DNA of 64,000 bases from Macrostomum lignano (lineage: Eukaryota). The notes below the pieces were generated by a model, which had not been told where the DNA came from, searched no databases, and worked only from the letters and a program-made list of their open reading frames with translations. Below, piece by piece: positions 42,721-54,495 of the stretch (positions are counted from its first letter, which is position 1; every line of letters begins with the position of its first letter). Location of the stretch: contig NIVC01000731.1 of assembly GCA_002269645.1 (NCBI GenBank), positions 1 to 64,000 on the forward strand. Reading direction: 5' to 3'. Both the position numbers and the translations under genes were made by a program.

Positions 42721-45195
42721 ATGAAGACTGCTTGTTGCGCTGTCGCCGCCTTCCTGCTGGTGCTGGCCCTCGCCACTCCCGGCCGGACCTCCACCACGCC
42801 AGATGCCACCGCGCCCGATGCAACCACTGATGTGACACCTGATTCAACCGACATCGCCCCGACTGGGGGCCCTGATCCGACAGGTAGCGCACCAACCGGA
42901 GGCACCGATTCTGCAACCGATGGCTTGGAGTCTTCAACCGCAGGCCCTGATCCGACAGGTACCGCACCAACCGAAAGTCCTGATCCGACAGATACTGCAC
43001 CAACAGGAGGCCCTGATTCGACAATAGCAGAAACCGCACCTACCGGGGGACCCACTGATTCGATACCAGACGGCGCCACCACTGAATCACCACCAAGCAC
43101 AGCTGATTCGACGGAAAGCCGAGCTACGGCGGGACCAACGGGAGAGACGTCTGGTGCACCAACCTCCACCCTGCCAACTGATTCTTCCAGTGCATCATCC
43201 ACCCCACTGACAACTGGATCAGATGTCTCAACTCCCGAGCAGACCTCAGCATCGCCTGCGCCTCCAGAAACAACCCAGAGCTCGTCCAGTTCGAACCCGA
43301 CGCCGCAGCCAACGCTTCAGCCGGACGTGAGCTACTCGGTACCGACACCGTACGGTCAGATTAACGGCATGACGTACAGCGTTAGAGTATCCACCTTTTC
43401 TGACAAAGCTTTCAACACAAAAAGAGTGAGCCGATTTCTTGGAATTCCGTACGCTCTGCCGCCAACTCAGACCAGAAGGTTCAAGTCTCCGGTGAAGTAC
43501 CCAGCTAGCAGCTCAAACGTGGTCAACGCCACTGAGCACAAGCCGAGCTGTCCGCAGCAGGGACAGACCTACGACGAGGACTGCTTGTACTACAACGTCT
43601 GGACGGTTCAGACCGCGGAGAACGCCAACTCGTCACAGAGGTATCCCGTCCTCGTTTACATCCACGAAGGTCGCTTTGAAACCGGTTACAGCAGCAACCC
43701 GCTGAGGCAAGGCGAAGAGCTCGTCACCCACAACAACGTTGTTGTCGTCACTTTTAACTACCGCCTCGGAGCTCTGGGATTTCTCACTCTCAACAGGACC
43801 AGCTATACTGGGAACTATGGAATCCAGGACCAGAAAGTGGCTATCCAAGTTATCTATGAAACGATCTCTGCGTTCGGTGGAAATCAAAGCCAAATTACTT
43901 TGATGGGCCTGGACGCGGGGTCTGCCAGCATCGGCTTCCACATGATGAGCTCGAACACCAGCGCCTACTTCAGCCGCGCCATCATGATGGGCGGATCTCC
44001 CATGATGCCTTGGTCCTTGACAAATGATCTTGAATACGTGCAGCTGCTGAGCCTGCTGTTCATCTCTGGGAGCCTGAACTGCACCTCAGTGACCGAGCCG
44101 GCTTTGACGCAGTGCCTGCAGAACATTCCAGTTGGCCAGCTGATATCGCTGCAGAACAACTTTACTCGCTTCTTCCAGGGCTTGGAGTTCTCACCGGTTA
44201 TCGACGGCACAACGATAGCGCAGGATCCTTGGCACGCGTTTTCAACTGGGAACTTCAACAGCAAGGATCTGCTCATCGGCTCGACCAACGACGAGGGTGC
44301 CAACATCGCCGAGGATGGCCTGGAGGCGCTGAACATCCCGATTTTTGGCGTAAACGATTCTATGCTTGTCAGCCTGATCGAGCGGTCAATCGCTTATTAC
44401 CCCAGGGCCAGCCGCACCCTCAGCGCGGCCGGCAGGCAGTTCCTGCGGCTCCACTTCACCGGGTACACAGGGGCAAACAACGGCACGAAGAACTTCGCCA
44501 CCCTGGGCAAAGCCGTCGGAGACTGGTACCTCACCTGCCCGGTGATTCAGATGGCCCAGTTCGCTGAGAAGCTCAACCCTAATGTGTACCTGTACTATTT
44601 CACCGAGAAGGAGCTGAACCAGGACAAGTGGCAGGCTTCGCACGGCGTGGACGCTGACTACGCGTTCGGCGTTCCGACCCTGTCGACTGGCATCATCTAC
44701 CCGGACGTCAACAAGGTGCTGAGCGAACGCGTGATGCGTAACTTCGTTGAGTTTGCCGCTGAAGGCAGGCCGACTGGCGCAGACCTGTGGAAGCCGCTGA
44801 ACTACACGAGCGGCAACGAGATGAACTACATCAACTACAATGCGGACGCCAGGATACTCGGCACCTATCAGCACGGCTACCGGATGTCCGAGTGCCACTT
44901 CTGGAACAAAACGCTAGCCTACGTCAACGGCCTAGAGCAGCCACCACCACCACCCACCGCCACCACCACCACTGCAACCACCGCCACCACCGCCACCACC
45001 ACCAGCGCCGCAACAGAACCGCCCATCGGGCCAATTCCGTCCAACGCGACCAGCTGCGGGGAGTGGGACTTCAACAGCGCTACCGCGACAACGATGGGCG
45101 TCCTGCTCGGCACCCAGGCGGTCACGGCCGGCGCCTTGGGCTTCGTGCTGTACAAGTGGAAGTCTCTGGCCAGGGTCAGCAGCCAGCCAATCTAG
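42721..45195 (+). CDS. Type-I membrane cholinesterase-like (type-B carboxylesterase fold) protein, catalytic Ser replaced; N-terminal mucin-like region; intronless, 824 aa
   Basis: Signal peptide, T/P/D/G repeats, FLGIPYALPP, EDCLYYNVW, VVVTFNYRLGALGFL, GIQDQ, ITLMGLDAG, SHG, Thr-rich stalk, TM helix and short tail. Confidence 0.88.
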   Translation: MKTACCAVAAFLLVLALATPGRTSTTPDATAPDATTDVTPDSTDIAPTGGPDPTGSAPTGGTDSATDGLESSTAGPDPTGTAPTESPDPTDTAPTGGPDSTIAETAPTGGPTDSIPDGATTESPPSTADSTESRATAGPTGETSGAPTSTLPTDSSSASSTPLTTGSDVSTPEQTSASPAPPETTQSSSSSNPTPQPTLQPDVSYSVPTPYGQINGMTYSVRVSTFSDKAFNTKRVSRFLGIPYALPPTQTRRFKSPVKYPASSSNVVNATEHKPSCPQQGQTYDEDCLYYNVWTVQTAENANSSQRYPVLVYIHEGRFETGYSSNPLRQGEELVTHNNVVVVTFNYRLGALGFLTLNRTSYTGNYGIQDQKVAIQVIYETISAFGGNQSQITLMGLDAGSASIGFHMMSSNTSAYFSRAIMMGGSPMMPWSLTNDLEYVQLLSLLFISGSLNCTSVTEPALTQCLQNIPVGQLISLQNNFTRFFQGLEFSPVIDGTTIAQDPWHAFSTGNFNSKDLLIGSTNDEGANIAEDGLEALNIPIFGVNDSMLVSLIERSIAYYPRASRTLSAAGRQFLRLHFTGYTGANNGTKNFATLGKAVGDWYLTCPVIQMAQFAEKLNPNVYLYYFTEKELNQDKWQASHGVDADYAFGVPTLSTGIIYPDVNKVLSERVMRNFVEFAAEGRPTGADLWKPLNYTSGNEMNYINYNADARILGTYQHGYRMSECHFWNKTLAYVNGLEQPPPPPTATTTTATTATTATTTSAATEPPIGPIPSNATSCGEWDFNSATATTMGVLLGTQAVTAGALGFVLYKWKSLARVSSQPI

Positions 45196-46401
45196 GCCAG
45201 CACCCTGATGGGGTCCAACGGGACCATGGGGCTCAGCTGAGGGTGACAGCTCTGACTGTGATTTACTGCCAATAGAATGCCGCCCTGTTCGCTGGGAGAT
45301 GTTCTTACTTATTTACAGTTACTCACTGCAACAATCAGCTAAATGCAACCAAAGCGATCAGTGGGAGCAATTTTAACTCTTAAAATGCAACTCTTTTTTA
45401 CCAAAACCTTTCGCGATTTCACCAAGTATGCCGCAGAAAATTGAAAATGATTCTAATATCGCAAAACTGATTTTTTAAATGCGATTTTCGCATGTTTTTC
45501 GCTAGTAATTCCAAGATGATTGACTCGCTTCTCTGTTTTATTCAATGAAATGCTGCTAAGAAACCAGTTTTTTTCGCTTTTTTCTCTCAAATAAATTGAT
45601 CAATTCAGGAGTTTCAAGAGAAAGTCAAACAAAAGCATCATTGTTATTTCTCAGAAAGGCCATGCAGCCCAGTAGACACCCAGACTGCTGGCCTTTCCAG
45701 CCTCCCGCACCGCTGCATCCAAATCTCAAACTGTACCGCAGTTGTCAGTGCTTGAGCGGTTGAGTAAAACTCTGTCTGAGCCGCCCCAAAAGTAGCGAGT
45801 CTGCCCCGTCACCCCACAGAGCACACGCCAGAGGAGGGCCTTGGGGTGGTGGGGGTGGAGCACCGCTATGTGTGTGCAGGCAGGCGGGTGGAAGGATGAG
45901 AACTGAGTGTACATGAGCCCATGGCTGCACTCGCGCTCTGGCCCAAGCGCACACAAGTTGGTCTCCAACCCTCCCCCCCCCATGCGCTCTGCCACTGAAG
46001 TTGGGCTTCGGGGCTGAGAAACGGGCAGAGAGTTCTGGCCCGACGCGCGCTGTCGCTGCAGGAAAAGAGAGAAATCTTTACACTTGCACCTTCCCGGTTG
46101 GAGAGGCCTGAGTTGAATTCCCAAATAACCGCAGTTCTTCCACGTTCCGGCCTCCCAAGTTTGAATTGCCGGCACTTCTGCGACGTTTCCGCGAAACTGC
46201 CAGAGAGAGACGTCTGCACAGGTAGATTGGATTCGTGCTCTGAGTCATTTCTCCTACTCAATATTGCAGTGCTATTGATAGAAAAGCGAGCTTGGAGTTC
46301 GGAAACTTTTGCTACAAGCGCATTTTTCTGGTATCGTTTGATCAATTTGAGAACTGAACGCTAAGGCTGCTTCGCCGCTCCCTTCCAGGCTGTCCCCCGC
46401 C

Positions 46402-47655
46402 ATGGCGCAGTTCTTCAGGCGCCTGTCCTCGTCATCGGTGACTGCGGCTGCCGCCGCCGCGGCCCTCCTAGGCTCTGGAGCCGCCATCAGAAGCGCCTTC
46501 GCCAGTCACCGGGAGGCGCCGGTGGAGACCAGGCCGTCCGCTGTGATACCGCGGACGAGCCTGGCAGCGTGGGCCGCGGCCAGCAGTGGCGACGGCAGAC
46601 CGGGAGCATCAGGCGGCGAACAGCAGGCCGCTGGAGTCAGCAACTACAGGGAGCGCCGGTTCCAGGACTTCGCCTCTGTCGAGTTCGAAGGGGTGCCGTA
46701 CATGACGCCGCAGGACTTCTTGGAGTCGGTGACGCAGGACCGGCCGCGCTACCGGAAGCGCCGGCTCGTGTTGTCGCAGTCGGAGCTGGCCAGCGCCCTC
46801 TACAAGACGCCATCGCGCTGGTGGGCGTCCAGCAAGCTGTTCCGCAGCCTGGGCAGCGACGGCATTATCTCCTACGCCGAGTACCTGTTCCTGCTGTGCA
46901 TCCTGGCCAAGGCCAAGGCCGGCTTCGAGATCGCCTTCAAGATGCTCGACCTGGCCAAGAACCAGCGGGTGGACAAGCGCGAGTTCACCGTGCTCAACAA
47001 GATGATGTCACGCCAGCCCGGGGATCTGCAGCCCATCGACATCGATGACATGACGCCCGTGCAGGACACCACCCTCATGCTGCACTTCTTCGGCCGCAGC
47101 GGCAACGACAAGCTGGACTTCAAGGAGTTCAGCAAGTTCATGAACAACCTGCAGACCGAGGTGCTGGAGATCGAGTTCGCCGAGTTCTCACGCGGCCTGC
47201 AGACCATCTCCGAGAGCGAGTTCGCGCAGGTGCTGCTGCGCTACACGCACCTGTCGGACGAGAACCAGCAGGTGTACCTGCAGCGAGTCAAGGAGAAGCT
47301 GGTCCGAGAGGAGGGCATCAAGTTCGAGGACTTCCGGCTGTTCTTCCAGTTCCTGAACCACCTGGAGGACTTCACCATGGCGATGAAGATGTACTCGCTG
47401 GCCGGCCACTCCATCAGCCAGGAGGAGTTCCAGCGGGCTGTCAAGGCCTGCGTCGGGTACACGCTGGCGCCGCACCTGGTGGCCACGGTGTTCCTGCTGT
47501 TCGACAAAGACGATGACGGGCACCTGAGCTACCACGAGTTCCTCAGCATCCTGAAGGACCGGCTGAGAGGCCTGAGCTCGCGTCCGGCCAGCACCGACAC
47601 CGCCACGGAGAAGTTCAAGCGCTGCGTGGGGCAGCAAATGCGCGAAGAGAGCTGA
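46402..47655 (+). CDS. MICU3: Mitochondrial calcium uptake protein, MICU2/MICU3 family (EF-hand), intronless
   Basis: Mitochondrial presequence-like N-terminus, FASVEFEGVPYMTPQDFLESV, GIISYAEYLFLL, FDKDDDGHLSYHEF, C-terminal FKRCV. MICU2 versus MICU3 not resolved. Confidence 0.85.
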   Translation: MAQFFRRLSSSSVTAAAAAAALLGSGAAIRSAFASHREAPVETRPSAVIPRTSLAAWAAASSGDGRPGASGGEQQAAGVSNYRERRFQDFASVEFEGVPYMTPQDFLESVTQDRPRYRKRRLVLSQSELASALYKTPSRWWASSKLFRSLGSDGIISYAEYLFLLCILAKAKAGFEIAFKMLDLAKNQRVDKREFTVLNKMMSRQPGDLQPIDIDDMTPVQDTTLMLHFFGRSGNDKLDFKEFSKFMNNLQTEVLEIEFAEFSRGLQTISESEFAQVLLRYTHLSDENQQVYLQRVKEKLVREEGIKFEDFRLFFQFLNHLEDFTMAMKMYSLAGHSISQEEFQRAVKACVGYTLAPHLVATVFLLFDKDDDGHLSYHEFLSILKDRLRGLSSRPASTDTATEKFKRCVGQQMREES

Positions 47656-48554
47656 TCACGTGACCAGCTGATCACGTGACCTCGGCTGACTGACTGACTT
47701 TTGACTCGTCGGGATTGTTTCGATGAGGCACGAGTTTCACTTTGCCTGCAGCTGAACTTGCCCAAGAATGCAGCAGCCCTGGCTCTGCGCCCATTCTTGG
47801 GGAACATTTCGATTGTTTTTCAATATTTAGCCAATCTTTTCTGTTATTACATAATTTCCTCAAGTTCTTAGAGCACCAATCCTTATTTATCGAAAATTTT
47901 ATATCCTTTCCTTTGTCCTTCCCTATTAATCCAGCTACGCTAACCACATTGCTAAGCCAGCGCACTATTAGGATATATTTCCATATCAATTTATATTTAC
48001 TTGTATAGAATTCTAAATAGAATATCACTCAGCTGCATTGACCAGTTGACTCTGCAAGCTTCCATTGCATGCCGCAGTGCAGTTTTACTGCAATGAAATT
48101 CGATCCGGCCGCACAAAATTTGCTTTGGGCCGCAGGCGCCCCGCCCTTATCTGCCCGAGCACCGGGCGCGAAAGTCAGAAACTCAGAAGTTCGAAGTTGC
48201 AATTTCGAACTTCGAACTGGCTGCCTAACGACTAACTTCTCGAAGACAGGCCGCCTGTCTGTTAAGATATTGTTTCGAAAGGAAATTGGCATTTGAAGTG
48301 CGCGGCACAATGCCGAATTTTTGACTGACGCAGCTGACATGCCGTCACGAGCTTTCCCGAGTCGGCCTGCTCGGCTGCGTTGCCAACGCAACCAGACAAA
48401 TAAAATTGGATCAAGTGAATTGCGCTCAACAGCTGCTGCCGTTCGGCCTGTCAATCACCAATGAAACGCACAGCAGGGGCTGAAGGCCTGTCAAAAACTG
48501 GGCAATAATTATTACCAGGCAAGATCCGTAGTCCAAAGGTCCCTGATTGCAGGT

Positions 48555-49645
48555 ATTCCCGAGTCCCCAGATCCCCCCCCAAGTCCCCAGATACCCTTCG
48601 AGTCTCCAGATCCCTCCGAGTCCCCAGATCCGCTCAAAGGTCCCAGATGCCCTCTGAGTCCATAGATCCCCTCCGAGTCCCCAGATCCCCCCCCGAGTCC
48701 CCAGATCCCTCCGAGTTCCCAGATCCCCTCTGAGTCCCCAGATCCCTCCGAGTCCCCAGATTCCCTCCGAGTCACTAGATCCCTTTGAGTCCCCAGATCC
48801 CCTTCGAGTCCCCAGCTCCATTTGACTCCCCAGATCCCTTTAAGTCCCCAGATCCCTTTGAGTCCCCAGATCCCTCCGAGTCCCCAGATCCCTCCGAGTC
48901 CCCAGATCCCTCCGAGTCCCCAGATCCCCTCCGAGTCCCCAGATCCCCTCCGAGTGCCTACTAGATCCCCTCCGAGTGCCCAGATCCCCTTTGAGTCCCC
49001 AGATCCCCTTCGAGTGCCTAGATCCCCTCCGAGTGCCCAGATCCCCTCTGAGTACCCAGATATCCCCCCCCGAGTCCCCAGATCCCCTTCGAGTTCCCAG
49101 ATCCCCTCCGAGTCCCCAGATCCCCTCCGAGTCCCTAGATCCCCTTCGAGTCCCCAGATCCCTCTGACTCCCCAAATCCCCTTCGAGTCCCTAGATTCCC
49201 TCCGAGTCCCCAGATCCCTTTGAGTCCCCAGCTCCATTTGACCCCCCAGATCCCCTTCGAGTCCCTAGATTCCCTCCGAGTCCCCAGATCCCCTTCGAGT
49301 CCCCAGATCCCCTCCGAGTCCCCAGATCCCCTTCGAGTCCCCAGCTCCATTTGACTCTCCAGATCCCTTTGAGTCCCCAGATCCCTCCGAGTTCCCAGAT
49401 CCCTCCGAGTCTCCAGATCCCTCCGAGTCCCCAGATCCCCTCCGAGTCCCCAGATCTCATTCGAGTGCCTAGATCCCCTTAGAGTGCCCAGTTCCCTTCC
49501 GAGTTCCCAGATCTTTATGAGTCCCCAGATCTCTCTGATTCCCCAGATCTCTCTAAGTCCCAGATCCTCTGATTCCCCAGATCCTTCTGATTCCCCAGAT
49601 CCTTCTGAGTCCCCAGATACCCTCCGAGTCCCCAGATTCCTCTGA
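48555..49645. repeat. ~19-bp minisatellite CCGAGTCCCCAGATCCCT
   Basis: Directly visible. Confidence 0.95.
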
Positions 49646-50564
49646 GGTGCCAAAAAAGTCCGTCCAACAAAAATGATGTTTAATCAAAGTTCGTTGGAAA
49701 AAGTGTAGGCAAATGTGGGACATATTCAATAACAAATAACGCAATTTTTGTGGCACAATTACTTTTAGTAGCATCAAATGTTTTTATACCTGTAAAACAT
49801 TCGAGGAACAAGCCCCATACTTTGTTGAAAAAATTCTGTATACTTATATGTACTCGTACCTGTAAATTGGTTATATATTCTGCTCCCTTTTATAAACCTC
49901 TTTTATAAATAAGACGAAAGCTTAAATCAAGTATTTCCATTACAAGTTGCATTACACCTGCTATTAATGCAACTCATTGAATTTCCAGTTTTCCAGTTTC
50001 CAGTTTCCAGTCGTTGAATGACTTTATATTTTGCTGCCTTAACTAAGAACCCGTTGTCCCGTCAGCTACTACTGACAGCAGTGAGGGTCTTGGATCCGTT
50101 TGAGCATCAGAATAACCCGCTGGAAAACCGCATCTGATTTGTTATGTTGTGTTATAAATTTAATCATTAGCAAAGTCCATATTCAGTAAGCCGATTCCTT
50201 CACTAGGAGTTCATTCTCAGGAACTTATTGATGACATTCAATGCTAATTAATGCTAAGCTCATTCGTCAGTTGCTCTTTGCTTCTTTGACTGAAACAGCT
50301 GCACAAAGAAGACTTGAGAAGCTCATCTGAGTGGCTATATGGATGAAGGTCACCCGCTGTGGTGGAAAATCTAGCTGCGTGGGTCTTACAGGCTATTTGT
50401 ATTTGTAAATCGAACATCGAAATATCGAATTGATTGTTTTACGCACCCTGCGAGCTTGTCATGCCATTGATAAACTGCAATGAACCTTTTTTCCAGTTTG
50501 ACAGGCTCTGGCTCGGCTGAGGAAGAATTCGCTGTGTTTGACCAGAAGCGGGATAGCGAACTTG

Positions 50565-50772
50565 CCTGCGGGACGTTTGCCAGCCGACGTTTGCCTGCGG
50601 GACGTTTGCCAGCCGACGTTTGCCTGCGGGACGTTTGCCTGCGGGAAGCTTGCCAGCCGACGTTTGCCAGCGGGAAGCTTGCCAGCCGACGTTTGCCAGC
50701 GGGAAGCTTGCCAGCCGACGTTTGCCAGCCGACGTTTGCCAGCCGACGTTTGCCAGCCGACGTTTTGCCAGC
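50565..50772. repeat. ~17-bp minisatellite GCCAGCCGACGTTT / GCCTGCGGGACGTTT
   Basis: About 12 imperfect copies. Confidence 0.9.
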
Positions 50773-51547
50773 CAGCATTAAGTCAGTGAGTGAACAATTT
50801 GATACTAAAATATTCGCAGTTCGGCGGTTTGAAAAAAAAACGGTTTTTTAATCGGTTATTCGCAAGTATAAAAGTTTGAAAACAAAATCTATACAAATTA
50901 TGCAGTTCATCAATCTAACTTCTAGTTTAACAACAATTTTTTTGAATATGAAAATATTATAAAGTTCACTTCTGACAGTTTTGTATCGCTTTTCCCACTT
51001 CCCTGCCCTCTGCTGCTACTGCCCTCTGATCGTTCCATATGGGCGCTTATCTCTCACTCTCACTTGCTGCACTAACTACCTCACCTCGTTTGGCGTTCTT
51101 TCATTGCGGCTTCTTTTTTGTGTGCAAATTCTATTCTACTTGTGGATATTTTCCACAGCGGGGATCGACTCACACACGACATGGCGTTGTTCGCACGAGT
51201 CCTACGCACCACAACGGGTAGGAGCTGGCGGAAGTCCCGGATTGTCATATAGTAATATCTCTCGTCCCAGACAACTAGACGCGCTGTCCGAAATGCAGCG
51301 GCTTGTTTGGACTGCCGCTCCAACAGCGCACACACATTTTTTTATGTGCCATCAAAGTGCGAAATTAACTACGAAATTTTCTTGCCTTTGCACTACAAGG
51401 CAAATACTGAGGTATCTGACTGCACATTGTCTTGTCCGCTCCAGTGGTCGACTGAACGAGGCAGTTCTGTTTGAGACCAACCGCCCAGTGCTGATGCCCT
51501 GCAAAATGCATCTTGAAACCATGGTAGGTTGGCTTCTTGCGCGGGCT

Positions 51548-52048
51548 TCGAGTCCCCAGATCCCCCCAGATTCACCAGATCCCCCCGAGTCCCCAGATCC
51601 CCCCGAGTCCCCAGATCCCCCGAGTCCCCAGATCCCCCGAGTCCCCAGATCCCCCCGAGTCCCCAGATCCCCCCGAGTCCCCAGATCCCCCCGAGTCCCC
51701 AGATCCCCCCGAGTCCCAGATCCCCCCGAGTCCCCAGATCCCCCGAGTCCCCAGATCCCCCCGAGTCCCCAGATCCCCCCCGAGTCCCCAGATCCCCTCC
51801 GAGTCCCCAGATCCCCCCCGAGTCCCCAGATCCCCCCCCGAGTCCCCAGATCCCCCCGAGTCCCCAGATCCCCCCGAGTCCCCAGATCCCCCCGAGTCCC
51901 CAGATCCCCCCCGAGTCCCCAGATCCCCCGAGTCCCCAGATCCCCCGAGTCCCCAGATCCCCCCGAGTCCCCAGATCCCCCGAGTCCCCAGATCCCCCGA
52001 GTCCCCAGATCCCCCCGAGTTCCCACATCCCCCCGAGTCCCCAGATCC
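51548..52048. repeat. ~19-bp minisatellite CCGAGTCCCCAGATCCCC (same family as 48555-49645)
   Basis: Directly visible. Confidence 0.95.
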
Positions 52049-52298
52049 ATCGCAGGCACAATACAAATTAACTCTGCTATTGTGGGTCTGATTTTCATAC
52101 ACAAAAAAAGCACAATAACACAAGAGAGTAAATGTCAACGGGCTTTTTAGCAGGTTGAGATTTAGATTTCATAAATCTGTGGCATTAGGTGCTATTCTAT
52201 TGCTTAAAGCTACTTACAGTAGCATGTAACAGTCAGGGCGCAGCCCAGTCAGTTCAAGCAAATCAGAGCGACAGTTCAGCACTGCGCCTCCACCGCAG

Positions 52299-52988
52299 TC
52301 AAAGCAGCAGCCGCACCTCAGCCCGGAAGCGGATCGCCCGGCCCTCATCGCCCAGCCGGTCCCGGCACGGCGCCAGCCGGAAGCTCATGCGGAACGGGCC
52401 GGCCATGCTGGCCTCGAACTCGAACTGGCCGAGCGGCCGGGCCATCAGCAGGCGCAGCCGGGAGCGGCTCTGCGCCAGGCAGAACAGGTGGCGCTGGCTG
52501 AGCCAGGCCAGCAGCTCGGGCTCGCGGCTGCTCAGGAAGTCGTACAGACTCAGCCTGCCGAACAGGCCGGCATCGATGAGGCGGCGCGTGGCCGCCACCA
52601 GCAGCGAGTCCTGCGCCTGCAGCAGCGAGTTGTTGAAGGGCAACAGCGAGGCCAGGATGGCCGGCTGCTGGCCGGCCGGGCGGGGAAGCTGCGGCCGGAT
52701 GTCGAACTCGGCCAGCACGAGTCCCGGCACCTCCGGGCCGAGGCCGCAGCAGCTGCCCGGCGAGCGGCCCAGCGAGCGGACGGCGTCCTCGTAGCGGGCG
52801 GCGAAGGCGAAGTAGGCGGCGGCGGACACGTTCAGGAGAATCGGCGAGCCCGCCGCCTGCGCCCGGCCGCTGCGCCGGTCCGACAGCCACGGCGGCGGCA
52901 GCCAGGCCGGGTAGTCAGCGCAAGCGGGGCTGCCCGAAGCTTCAGCAGCCGCGGCAGCCACCATCAGCAGCAGCAGCATTGAGAACAT
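52299..52988 (-). CDS. Unidentified secreted protein, possibly first exon of a longer gene (candidate donor after 52317)
   Basis: ATG at 52988, signal peptide MFSMLLLLMVAAAAAEA, GC3-rich codons like neighbouring genes; no family recognised. Confidence 0.6.
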   Translation of the reverse strand: MFSMLLLLMVAAAAAEASGSPACADYPAWLPPPWLSDRRSGRAQAAGSPILLNVSAAAYFAFAARYEDAVRSLGRSPGSCCGLGPEVPGLVLAEFDIRPQLPRPAGQQPAILASLLPFNNSLLQAQDSLLVAATRRLIDAGLFGRLSLYDFLSSREPELLAWLSQRHLFCLAQSRSRLRLLMARPLGQFEFEASMAGPFRMSFRLAPCRDRLGDEGRAIRFRAEVRLLL

Positions 52989-53484
52989 CTCGTGGGGTTC
53001 AGCCTGGCCAAGGCTGGCCTGCATCCGCCGTTTTATGCAGCCAGCGGGGCGGCGGCGGGGGAGGCCGCGGATGTAGCGGCTGAGCGAACTGCGCACAGCT
53101 TGGGTCGGGCCGGCAGCGACATTTCGGTTGAAATTCCTCACTTGCTTCAGCCGTTTAAAATTGCTTCAATGCTAAAGGTCTGCTTTGAAGAAATTTTACT
53201 TAAAAAAATATTTCTGAAACCGAAGGCGAAGGCTGTTGGGGCCTGGGTTCAGTTTGGGGGTACGCAAAACACCCGCCATAACTGTTTAATTCTGCAATAC
53301 AACTTGGCTCACATTAGTGATTCTGCTGTACGGAAGCTTGAAAGCAATGTGACTTTGAGTACTGTTTAACTGAGACGTGCGACTGAATCGGATTAATGTA
53401 CAGGCAGGTAATTTCTGGGTACATTGGAGTCACACTGCTGGACAGAGAGGCCTCGCTAAGTGCAGTAGGGTCACATACAGTTAG

Positions 53485-53985
53485 ACATATACAGCCTGTT
53501 AGACAGCCTGTTAGACAGCCTGTTACACTGTTAGACAGCCTGTTAGACAGCCTGTTACACAGTCTGTTAGACAGCCTGTTAGACAGCCTGTTACACTGTT
53601 AGACAGCCTGTTAGACAGCCTGTTACACTGTTAGACAGCCTGTTAGACAGCCTGTTACACAGTCTGTTAGACAGCCTGTTAGACAGCCTGTTACACTGTT
53701 AGACAGCCTGTTAGACAGCCTGTTACACTGTTAGACAGCCTGTTAGACAGCCTGTTAGACAGCCTGTTACACTGTTAGACAGCCTGTTAGACAGCCTGTT
53801 ACACTGTTAGACAGCCTGTTAGACAGCCTGTTACACTGTTAGACAGCCTGTTAGACAGCCTGTTACACAGTCTGTTAGACAGCCTGTTAGACAGCCTGTT
53901 AGACAGCCTGTTAGACAGCCTGTTAGACAGCCTGTTAGACAGCCTGTTAGACAGCCTGTTAGACAGCCTGTTAGACAGCCTGTTA
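53485..53985. repeat. 12-bp minisatellite ACAGCCTGTTAG with ACACTGTTAG variants
   Basis: Directly visible. Confidence 0.95.
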
Positions 53986-54006
53986 TAGATCTAACAAATA
54001 AAAGTC

Positions 54007-54495
54007 TCAGTCAGTCCAGGGCAGCAGCGCTGCCGGCCGCAGCATGTACGCCATGTGCAGCACCCAGCGGTCGCCGATCCAGAAGCAGTTCTTCCTGCCG
54101 TGCGGCGCCACGCCAGGGCCGTCGCAGTCGCTGATCTTGGTGTCCCAGGCGGTGGACAGGCCGGCGAATGTCCGGTTGCCAGCGTCGCGGAGGCTGACTC
54201 GCACGAACTCGTCGCTGCAGTAGAACAGCTCGATGCAGCCCGGGCTGGCGATGTCGAACTCCATCCAGGCCAGCTCCGGCCCGGGCTCCTCGAAGGTCAC
54301 GTGACCCCTGGCGCGGCAGGTGAGGCCGCGGACAACCGGTAGCAGAAGCAGCCAGTCGGGGCTTTTGCCGCGGTGCCTGCTGAGATCCTTCTCCTGGATT
54401 TCCAGGCACTGCAGCTCCACCCAGGTGTCCATCTGGGTGCCCGGAGCCGCTGATGCGGCAAGTGCAGCGGCTGAGAGCAGCAGAAGCACCCGCAT
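54007..54495 (-). CDS. Unidentified small secreted protein, 162 aa, 6 Cys
   Basis: Signal peptide MRVLLLLSAAALAASAA, GC3-rich codons, single ORF. Confidence 0.65.
   Translation of the reverse strand: MRVLLLLSAAALAASAAPGTQMDTWVELQCLEIQEKDLSRHRGKSPDWLLLLPVVRGLTCRARGHVTFEEPGPELAWMEFDIASPGCIELFYCSDEFVRVSLRDAGNRTFAGLSTAWDTKISDCDGPGVAPHGRKNCFWIGDRWVLHMAYMLRPAALLPWTD

Noticed and set aside
45726-46364. ORFs upstream of MICU
   Set aside because: Overlapping, no motifs and lacking the GC3 bias of real genes here
48184-48218. GAAGTTCGAAGTT...TTCGAACTTCGAAC palindrome
   Set aside because: Spacing does not fit nGAAn arrays and there is no RNA-gene context
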